A stretch of 24,000 bases of DNA from Salinarchaeum laminariae (GTDB lineage: Archaea; Halobacteriota; Halobacteria; Halobacteriales; Salinarchaeaceae), in contig NZ_CP096270.1 of the NCBI RefSeq assembly GCF_023204835.1, positions 2,472,907-2,496,906 on the forward strand, given 5' to 3'. The translations under genes were made by a program, and so were the position numbers. A model generated the notes under the pieces. It was not told the DNA's origin, ran no database searches, and saw nothing but the letters and a program-made list of their open reading frames with translations. Below are positions 17,002 to 23,799 of this stretch, piece after piece. Position 1 is the first letter of the stretch, and every line of letters begins with the position of its first letter.

Positions 17002-18149
17002 CGTCGCGAGATCCACGCGGGACGGGCGAGGCGATGACGCCGCTGGAGTTGCGCGCCGACGTCCCCGCGCTGCAGGATGGCGCGTACTTCAACTTCGGCG
17101 CGCACGGCCCGAGCCCGCGGTTCGTCGTCGAGGCAGCCGAAGCTTTCATCGAGAGCCACGAGTACGAGTCGCCGATCGTCGACGACCCCTACGAGACGGC
17201 GTTCGACACGTTCGAGATGGTCCGCGAGACGGTCGCCGACTTCGTCGGTGCCGAGGCCGAGGAGATCGCGCTCACGGAGAGTACCACCGCCGGCATCAAC
17301 GCGATCGCCGGGGCGATCGACTGGGAGCCATGGGACGTGGTGGTCCGCACCGACCTCGAACACCCCGCCGGGATCCTCGCGTGGCAGCGCCTCGAACGCG
17401 AGGGCGTCGAGGTCCGGGTCGTGGAGACCACCGACGGCCGCGTCGATCCCGAGGAGTTCGCCGAGGCCGTCGAGGGCGCGGACCTCGCCTGCTTCAGCGC
17501 GCTCACCTGGACCCACGGCACCCGCCTGCCGGTCGCGGAGCTGGTCGACATCGCCAACGACGCCGGCGCGTTCACGCTGGTCGACGCGGTGCAGGTCCCC
17601 GGCCAGACCGAACTGGACGTTTCGGAGTGGGGCGCCGACGCCGTCGCAGCCGCTGGCCACAAGTGGCTCCTCGGACTCTGGGGCGGCGGCTTCCTCTACG
17701 TCGACCGCGAGGTCGCCGAGGAGCTTGAACCCCGGACCGTCGGCTACCGGAGCGTCGAGAAGCCCACCGCCGAGCCGTTCGCGTTCGAACCCGGCGCGAA
17801 GCGATTCGAGGTCGGCTCCGCGAACCCGGCGTCACACGTCGCATTGGCGGAAGCGATCGAAGCGATCGAAGAGGTCGGCGTGGATCGAATGGAAGAGCGG
17901 ACGCTCGACCTGGCGGGTCGACTTGCCGACGGGGTGCCGGAGGAGCAGCTATTGAGTCCTGCCGAGCCGGAGTCAGGGTTGGTGACGATCGACGTTCCCG
18001 ATCCCGAGGCGACGGTGGAGCGGCTCGCGGACGAGGGGATCGTCGTTCGACCGCTGCCATTTCCGGACGCTATTCGGGCGTCGGTTCACGCAGTGAACAC
18101 GGCGGAGGAGGTTGATCGGTTGTTGGGCGGGCTGGAGGATGAGTACTAA
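16998..18149 (+). CDS. class-V aminotransferase-fold PLP enzyme (cysteine-desulfurase-like but lacking the catalytic Cys)
   Basis: 383 aa. It has 'TESTTAGIN', 'LVDAVQ', the PLP lysine in 'AAGHKWLLG' and a C-terminal 'IRASVHAVNTAEEVDRL', as in NifS/SufS/CsdA-type enzymes. There is no Cys anywhere C-terminal of the PLP Lys; the only Cys is in 'DLACFSAL'. The alternative start M13 is at 17034. Confidence 0.78.
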   Translation: MTSRDPRGTGEAMTPLELRADVPALQDGAYFNFGAHGPSPRFVVEAAEAFIESHEYESPIVDDPYETAFDTFEMVRETVADFVGAEAEEIALTESTTAGINAIAGAIDWEPWDVVVRTDLEHPAGILAWQRLEREGVEVRVVETTDGRVDPEEFAEAVEGADLACFSALTWTHGTRLPVAELVDIANDAGAFTLVDAVQVPGQTELDVSEWGADAVAAAGHKWLLGLWGGGFLYVDREVAEELEPRTVGYRSVEKPTAEPFAFEPGAKRFEVGSANPASHVALAEAIEAIEEVGVDRMEERTLDLAGRLADGVPEEQLLSPAEPESGLVTIDVPDPEATVERLADEGIVVRPLPFPDAIRASVHAVNTAEEVDRLLGGLEDEY

Positions 18150-18167
18150 GCGCTTTCGCGCCGTTTT
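18150..18167 (+). terminator. short GC hairpin (GCGC-TTTC-GCGC) followed by a TTTT run directly after the stop codon
   Basis: Seen directly as 'taa gcgctttcgcgc cg tttt ag'. Oligo-T tracts are the usual archaeal termination signal. The hairpin is short, so confidence is modest. Confidence 0.35.
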
Positions 18168-18422
18168 AGTGGCTCTAATTGGCTTTCAGTCGCTGACGGT
18201 CCTACCGGATCGTACTGAATCGCAGGTGCGTATCTAACACGCCATCCGTTTTCATATGAGGTATGTCGGTGAATCCTTTTGGAGGGGAAACGAGGTCAGA
18301 TCTTCTCATGAGTATTGCTCATTCCTCGCCAACCAGTTTGCTTCAACTGTTTCCTGTTGGGAGGGGGTCGATTGGCTTCAAGGGATCAGATTAATGTATT
18401 TCAAAGGGCCAATCATACTGAA

Positions 18423-19187
18423 ATGCTCCCCTTCGACGTTACCTGGGGTCAGATTTCAATAGCTAGCGTAGCGGGAGCTATTCTGATATTTGCTGTGAAT
18501 AAACGATGGGATCTTTGGTCGCGTAGAAGAGAACGTAAACGTCAACAAACTCTCAAATGGCACCGGGAGGTGCAAGAGCTGTTTGCTGAGGTGATCTCAG
18601 TGGGCCGTCGTATGCGAACGTCTCGGACACGCGACGAAGAACTGATTCAAGAACTGATCCCAACAACTATTAAACTCGATTCGAAGGTAAATTCTCTGCC
18701 TATTTGGGTGCGATTGAGGGTGAGTAGCGAGGTTCAAAATCGTGTCATCGCAGCAGCCGGGATGGCGTACCATTTGGCCCATCTGCCCCAACCAGACCGA
18801 AATGAAGATTCGGTCGCTGGAATGATGTATCATTTATACAGGGTTGCAGACTTGGTGGACGCTGACACGGATGTCGAGGTTGGAGAGCTGATTGAACTGA
18901 TTGGTGGATTAGATCCTTCCGGTACTCCTGATCTGTCGGAAGAGAAAGCCGATCAGATTTTGCAAGAATTCGAAGACGAATCACAGCGGCGAATGGAAAC
19001 TTGGGAAGAGATGACTGTTGACGAATTGATGGACCTCCCATGGGAGAAAGTCGACCAAATTCTTTCCGAGCGCGATCGAGTGAAGTTGATTAGACAATGT
19101 ATTGAAGCCTATTACGAACAGGCACTAATTGAAAAACCACGGGAAGCTCGGAACGCGATACAGGAATCGGAGCAAGCATATGCGTGA
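18423..19187 (+). CDS. orphan N-terminally membrane-anchored helical protein
   Basis: The ATG at 18423 gives MLPFDVTWGQISIASVAGAILIFAVNKRWDLWSRRRERKRQ... This is one TM helix followed by a positive patch and then about 200 aa of acidic helical sequence. The track start at 18315 is a TTG. A TATA-like 'ttaatgtatttc' lies at 18391-18402. I recognise no family. Confidence 0.55.
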   Translation: MLPFDVTWGQISIASVAGAILIFAVNKRWDLWSRRRERKRQQTLKWHREVQELFAEVISVGRRMRTSRTRDEELIQELIPTTIKLDSKVNSLPIWVRLRVSSEVQNRVIAAAGMAYHLAHLPQPDRNEDSVAGMMYHLYRVADLVDADTDVEVGELIELIGGLDPSGTPDLSEEKADQILQEFEDESQRRMETWEEMTVDELMDLPWEKVDQILSERDRVKLIRQCIEAYYEQALIEKPREARNAIQESEQAYA

Positions 19188-19448
19188 ACTGAATCGGTGA
19201 CACTAGTCCTTTCGTATATGGTTTCTCAATGCCCGCCACTCCTCAACGAGATTCCTCGTACGATCAAGTAGAATCTCCGAGGATTTGATCAGAATGGATG
19301 AATTGAGGATCAGCACGAATATTCGCCAACTCCAAAGGCAGATGATCAATCAGGTTTGACTGATTCATTTGTTGGACTCGGTTTTTGAAGTTTCAGAGGC
19401 CATCAGGGCCGATAATCTAGTAAAATGCCACGGTTTCCCTGGCATTGT

Positions 19449-20603
19449 TCAGGAAGCGAAGTCTATTTCTTGATCTGAATAGTTGAGAGCTGTGTCAAGA
19501 GTCATCGACAAGAATAGTAATGATATTGTAGCGATATTTTCATCGAAGAACGCGACGGGATCGCCATGCATGATCGCATTTCTATGGGCATAAAATGATT
19601 CAAGATTATTGATAAAATTTCCAGTGGAAACCCCATACCATTCAACGTGAAGTTCAGCCAGTTTGTTACGTTTGGTGTCCCATTTATAAACTGGGTCTCC
19701 AAATCGGTTCATGTAATCAGGTGATACATTTTCCTGCTCACAAAGCCAATGCATTATGCCGTCCTGAACACTGATAAAGCTAAAAACCGGTGTTAAAAAC
19801 CTTCCATCCCTGAACTCTTCGATTCCCCTTTCTAACCGGTTGTAATAAGGGTCTAATGGATGTTCCTGAATATTAGCCATGCCATTTAGTACTTCGTCAA
19901 GATACTGAGTCCCAGCAGCCTGAGCAACAGAATTTAATTGGATAATTTCTGGATCGTAATTAGAAGGTTCTTCAAAGTTAGATATCCCCTCTTCAATGGC
20001 CTCCCGGACCTCTCTGGCAAACTCTTGAAGTTGTTGAATAAGCGGTCTAAACTGATCTATCATGTCTTGAAACATCGACGTCAAGTTGGGCGCGACAGGT
20101 TGGATTGATTCAGCAACTTGCCTACTAACCTGATTTACGGTTTCATGAATGGCATCGACCGACTGTACAACACCCTCTGGATATTTTACGCCTTCAAATA
20201 TCGAGACCGATCTCAAATCTATCTCCCGATTTTCTTCTGCCAGTGTCATCCCCACAAATTCACGTATTGACATCCTGACCTCCTCGGCTGAAGATTCTGA
20301 TTCATCCACAATTTCGTCGAAAGAATTCTGGCCGCCATAGAACTGGACTCCACTAAATATTGCCTCCCAGGTAACTCTAGCTGTTGGATAATTCACTAAT
20401 TTCACATATTGGATAACAAGCTCCCTTGTGTCAGAACGACTAATATCGAACTCTCTGGCAGCCTCTGATAGAGTCGAATCACGGTAAAACTCTCCAACCT
20501 CCTTGATTTGCTCGCATTGGTCGAACGAAATTTCATCGCGGAGCTCCTCCCTCTTCTCAACCTCCTCTTCAACAATCTCACGTAAACGACTCACATCCGA
20601 CAT
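19449..20603 (-). CDS. orphan protein with N-terminal HTH-like segment and C-terminal HEPN-like (R-x4-H) domain
   Basis: 384 aa with an ATG at 20603. Residues ~43-66, 'STLSEAAREFDISRSDTRELVIQY', look like a helix-turn-helix. The C-terminal ~130 aa are helical and carry 'FYAHRNAIMHGD'. R341 is codon 19581-19583 and H346 is codon 19566-19568, both checked on the DNA. A final hydrophobic helix follows. This is the RNxxxH(G) arrangement of HEPN RNase domains. Confidence 0.6.
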   Translation of the reverse strand: MSDVSRLREIVEEEVEKREELRDEISFDQCEQIKEVGEFYRDSTLSEAAREFDISRSDTRELVIQYVKLVNYPTARVTWEAIFSGVQFYGGQNSFDEIVDESESSAEEVRMSIREFVGMTLAEENREIDLRSVSIFEGVKYPEGVVQSVDAIHETVNQVSRQVAESIQPVAPNLTSMFQDMIDQFRPLIQQLQEFAREVREAIEEGISNFEEPSNYDPEIIQLNSVAQAAGTQYLDEVLNGMANIQEHPLDPYYNRLERGIEEFRDGRFLTPVFSFISVQDGIMHWLCEQENVSPDYMNRFGDPVYKWDTKRNKLAELHVEWYGVSTGNFINNLESFYAHRNAIMHGDPVAFFDENIATISLLFLSMTLDTALNYSDQEIDFAS

Positions 20604-20627
20604 CGTCCCGAAAACGCACTGTGAAGG

Positions 20628-20633
20628 TTAAAA
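20628..20633 (-). promoter_or_regulatory. TATA-like TTTTAA box 25-30 nt upstream of the HEPN-like gene ATG
   Basis: The reverse strand reads 'ggattttaaccttcacagtgcgttttcgggacgATG'. The spacing fits a leaderless archaeal transcript. Confidence 0.35.
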
Positions 20634-20862
20634 TCCAATGGGTCCCTGTAGAACTAATTGAGGCCATTGTCATTGCTATTTACTATTCAAATAATAATCA
20701 TAAAGCTCCTTCTCAGCGAGTATCACAAATCCGTCCAAATGACATCGGTCTTCAACGGCGATCGCAAGACGGCTGCATCTGATCAGCAGGGGCGCCGCTC
20801 GCGGGCCAAATCGCCGAGAGAAGTAAACGGTGGGGCTGGTCAGGCAACGTGTACAGCGCGAT

Positions 20863-21498
20863 TCAGACCAGCAACTGCACGTCCGACTCGGCCATGTGCT
20901 CGAGCGCGGTCGCCGCGCCGACTCCCACTGTGACGTCGTCGTAGAAATCGTCCTCGTCGTAGTCCATCAGCTCGATCGTCATCTGGCAGGCCTGCATCTC
21001 GACGCCCTGCTCGAGGGACACTTCGATGAGTTCCTCGATCGTCGCGGTGTTGTTGTCGTCGATCTTCTTCGCCATCATCTTCGTCGTGACCCGGTCCATG
21101 CCCGGGAGCGCGGCGAGCGCGTTCGGGACGGGCATGTTCGGGTTGCCGACGGAGGACAGCTGGAGGTTCGAGGACTTCTCCTCGTGGAGGATGTCCAGGC
21201 CCCAGAACGTGTGGAAGACCACGACGTCCCAGCCGAAGGCGGCCGCGGTGCTCGCGAGGATCAGCGGCGGGTACGCCATGTCGAGCGTGCCCTTCGTCGC
21301 GATGATCGTCATCTTCATCGGCCCGTCGTCGACCTCGCGCTCGAGCGTCGTGACCGTATCCTCCAGTTCCTCGATGCGGGCCTGTAGCTCCGCCTCGGTC
21401 TGTGGGACGTCCGCCCCGTCCGCCGTCGGGGCCTCGTCGCCACTCGCGGCGGCCTTCTCCTCGGGCGTCTCCTCCGTCTCGGCTGCGTCGGTGCTCAT
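20863..21498 (-). CDS. DsrE/DsrF-like sulfur-relay protein (COG2210-type) with a 60-aa acidic coiled-coil N-terminal extension
   Basis: The core 'MKMTIIATKGTLDMAYPPLILASTAAAFGWDVVVFHTFWGLDIL' and 'VEMQACQMTIELM' (conserved Cys) match DsrE-like/COG2210 proteins. The ATG at 21498 directly abuts the TusA stop (21499-21501). The extension is GC3-rich. Confidence 0.78.
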   Translation of the reverse strand: MSTDAAETEETPEEKAAASGDEAPTADGADVPQTEAELQARIEELEDTVTTLEREVDDGPMKMTIIATKGTLDMAYPPLILASTAAAFGWDVVVFHTFWGLDILHEEKSSNLQLSSVGNPNMPVPNALAALPGMDRVTTKMMAKKIDDNNTATIEELIEVSLEQGVEMQACQMTIELMDYDEDDFYDDVTVGVGAATALEHMAESDVQLLV

Positions 21499-21744
21499 CT
21501 ATGCGGTCTTCTCCACGTAGTGTTTGTAGAGGTCGCCGTCCTCGACCTGGTCGAGGAGCGAGACGCCCTTTGTCCCACTCGCCCACCCGTCGATGTCGCT
21601 CATGCTGCCGGAGTCCGTCGAGAGTACCTCGAGGACCTCACCCTCGGCGAGGTCGTCGATCGCGGACTTCGTCTTGACGACCGGCATTGGACACGATGCT
21701 CCCTTCACGTCGAGCGTCTCAGTAACGTCGATTGCGTCTGTCAT
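21499..21744 (-). CDS. TusA-like sulfur-carrier protein (second copy)
   Basis: The ATG at 21744 gives MTDAIDVTETLDVKGASCPMPVVKTKSAIDDL..., with the CPxP motif. The track start at 21792 is a TTG with an AT-rich, atypical N-terminus. Confidence 0.8.
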   Translation of the reverse strand: MTDAIDVTETLDVKGASCPMPVVKTKSAIDDLAEGEVLEVLSTDSGSMSDIDGWASGTKGVSLLDQVEDGDLYKHYVEKTA

Positions 21745-21769
21745 CGGTGAATCACTCCGTTGGTTTGTA

Positions 21770-21793
21770 TTGGAGTTAACGCACAATACCAAG
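21770..21793 (+). promoter_or_regulatory. 24-nt conserved motif copy 2 (TTGGAGTTAACGCACAATACCAAG), 26 nt upstream of the second TusA ATG, on the opposite strand relative to that gene
   Basis: 19 of 24 positions are identical to 14891-14914. It lies in the 250-bp divergent intergenic region between the TusA/DsrE and rhodanese-PDO operons. Confidence 0.5.
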
Positions 21794-21818
21794 GCCGATC
21801 ACTAAAGGATATCGGTTC

Positions 21819-21839
21819 TTGTGCGATCTGCGAACTACT
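21819..21839 (+). promoter_or_regulatory. repeat B: TTGTGCGAT-CTG-CGAACTACT
   Basis: It is identical to 21926-21946 at 18 of 21 positions; only the central 3 nt differ. Its TTGTGCG core is the reverse complement of the CGCACAA core of the 24-nt motif. Confidence 0.5.
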
Positions 21840-21925
21840 GCCCCGTACGAGATATCTAATAATTCTTGCGTATGGGCGTAGTGGCTCATCTGCAACGATC
21901 TCGCCGCGTCTCGCCGATTGCTGTA

Positions 21926-21946
21926 TTGTGCGATTGCCGAACTACT
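21926..21946 (+). promoter_or_regulatory. repeat C: TTGTGCGAT-TGC-CGAACTACT
   Basis: This is a direct repeat of 21819-21839, 107 bp downstream. It ends about 49 nt upstream of the rhodanese-PDO ATG. Confidence 0.5.
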
Positions 21947-21994
21947 ATGCAAACTCTTATGTGCTCGCCTCTGGAACGTGGAGGTACACGACAC

Positions 21995-23242
21995 ATGAAC
22001 GCTGACGACTTCCCCACGCCCGACGTGGCGGTCGAATCGGTCGAACCGGATCAGCTCAAGGCACGCGTCGACGCCGGTGAGGACCTCACCATTCTCGACG
22101 CCCGGATGAGCTCGGATTACGCCGAGTGGCGCATCGACGGCGACGGCGTCGAGTCGATCAACGTCCCCTACTTCGAGTTCCTCGAGGACGAGATCGACGA
22201 GACCGTCTTCGACCAGCTCCCCGAGGACGAGGAGATCGTCGCCCTGTGTGCGAAGGGCGGCGCCAGCGAGTACGTCGCGGGCCGTCTCATCGAGGCAGGC
22301 TACGACGTCGTCCACCTGGAGGACGGGATGAACGGCTGGGCGCGCATCTACGAGCAAGTCGAGGTCAACGACTACGACGGCGCGGGCACGCTCTACCAGT
22401 ACCAGCGGCCCTCCTCGGGCTGTCTCGGCTACCTCCTCGTCGAGGGCGACGAGGCCGCGGTGATCGATCCCCTGCGGGCGTTCACCGATCGATACCTCGA
22501 GGACGCCGAGGCGTTCGGCGCCGACCTCCTGTACGCGATCGACACCCACATTCACGCGGATCACATTTCGGGGGTCCGCGAACTCCACGAGTTCGCGGGC
22601 TCGTCAGGAGCGGAGCGAACTGACGGTGTTCGTGATCTGGACGACGAAGGAGTCGAGGGCGTCATCCCCGCCGCAGCGGTCGACCGCGGCGTCGCGTACG
22701 CCGACGACCTGACGCAGGCCGCGGACGGCGACGAGTTCGCCGTCGGCGACGCGACGATCGAGACGGTCTCCACGCCCGGCCACACGACCGGGATGACCTC
22801 CTACCTCGTCGACGACAGCCTGCTCGCGACCGGCGACGGCCTGTTCATCGAGAGCGTCGCGCGCCCCGACCTCGAAGAGGGCGACGACGGTGCGCCCGAC
22901 GCTGCCCGGATGCTCTACGAGTCGCTCCAGGAGCGCGTCCTCACGCTGCCCGACGAGACGCTCGTCGGCGGCGCGCACTTCAGCGACGCGGCAGTGCCGG
23001 CCGACGACGGGACCTACACCGCTCCGATCGGTGACCTGAAAGAGCGCATGGACGCGCTGTCGATGGACGAGGCGGAGTTCGTGGAGCTGATCCTCTCGGA
23101 CATGCCGCCCCGTCCCGCGAACTACGAGTCGATCATCGCGACGAACCTCGGCCAGCAAACCGTCGACGACGAGAAAGCGTTCACGCTCGAACTCGGTCCG
23201 AACAACTGCGCGGCGAGCCAGGAGTCGCTCGCGGGGGACTAA
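21995..23242 (+). CDS. rhodanese-domain / metallo-beta-lactamase-fold persulfide dioxygenase (ETHE1-like) fusion protein
   Basis: The ATG at 21995 is used; the track start at 21866 is a TTG. The N-terminal rhodanese has the active-site loop 'LCAKGGASEY'. The MBL domain has 'THIHADH', 'STPGHTTGM', 'ATGDGLF' and 'GGAHF', the metal ligands and spacing of ETHE1-type persulfide dioxygenases. Confidence 0.8.
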   Translation: MNADDFPTPDVAVESVEPDQLKARVDAGEDLTILDARMSSDYAEWRIDGDGVESINVPYFEFLEDEIDETVFDQLPEDEEIVALCAKGGASEYVAGRLIEAGYDVVHLEDGMNGWARIYEQVEVNDYDGAGTLYQYQRPSSGCLGYLLVEGDEAAVIDPLRAFTDRYLEDAEAFGADLLYAIDTHIHADHISGVRELHEFAGSSGAERTDGVRDLDDEGVEGVIPAAAVDRGVAYADDLTQAADGDEFAVGDATIETVSTPGHTTGMTSYLVDDSLLATGDGLFIESVARPDLEEGDDGAPDAARMLYESLQERVLTLPDETLVGGAHFSDAAVPADDGTYTAPIGDLKERMDALSMDEAEFVELILSDMPPRPANYESIIATNLGQQTVDDEKAFTLELGPNNCAASQESLAGD

Positions 23243-23253
23243 CTCGGTAGCCA

Positions 23254-23799
23254 ATGCTGTCCGACCTCATCACCGTAGCGCTTGCGGCCGACCTGGTTGC
23301 CGCCACCAGCGCGGTCGACCTCGCGCCCGCTTCGATCGCATCCGACCCGTTTCCCAACGGGATTAGTCGGTACGCCGTCGGCGGGTTGCTCGTCGGCCTC
23401 GGAACCGCGGTCATCTACCTCGGGACCGGCATCAGCGCCGGCGCGAGCACGTTCCTCGAGTCGACGCTGTCCTACGTGTCCGGCGAGTCTCGCTTCCAGC
23501 GGTACGTCGCCTCGCGTGACTGGCGGCTCCTGTTCACGGGTAGCATCGTCCTGGGCGCGGCCGTCTACGCCGTGACGATCCAGGGCGGCGCCTGGACGAC
23601 CGACGTCCACCCGTGGCGGCTCCTGGTCGGCGGCATCTTCGTCGGCGTGGGCACCCGCGTCGGCAAGGGCTGTACCTCCGGACACGGCGTCTGCGGGGTC
23701 GGCTCTGCGTCGAAGACGTCGATCGTTGGCGTCGTGACGTTCCTGCTGGTCGCGATCGTGACAGCGCAACTGGTCGCAGCAGCCGGGGTGACGCCGTAA
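23254..23799 (+). CDS. YeeE/YedE-family sulfur-compound (thiosulfate-type) transporter subunit
   Basis: A 181-aa polytopic membrane protein with the conserved 'GKGCTSGHGVCG' motif of the YeeE/YedE (PF04143) family. It starts 12 nt after the PDO stop. Confidence 0.8.
   Translation: MLSDLITVALAADLVAATSAVDLAPASIASDPFPNGISRYAVGGLLVGLGTAVIYLGTGISAGASTFLESTLSYVSGESRFQRYVASRDWRLLFTGSIVLGAAVYAVTIQGGAWTTDVHPWRLLVGGIFVGVGTRVGKGCTSGHGVCGVGSASKTSIVGVVTFLLVAIVTAQLVAAAGVTP

Larger units (their letters stand above)
18150..20750. other. AT-rich, compositionally foreign islet (probable horizontally acquired insertion) with two convergent orphan genes
   Basis: Base composition drops abruptly between the stop at 18149 and about 20750, for example 'ttactattcaaataataatcataaag'. 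Both ORFs use A/T-ending codons, unlike all flanking genes. I saw no integrase, tRNA or convincing terminal repeats. Boundaries are approximate. Confidence 0.7.

Noticed and set aside
18175-20660. A shared heptamer 'ctaattg' near both edges of the AT-rich islet (18175-18181 and 20654-20660), considered as a possible att site or target-site duplication.
   Set aside because: Only 7 nt are identical, the flanking bases diverge, and the right copy lies well inside the AT-rich sequence rather than at the composition boundary. It is not distinguishable from chance.
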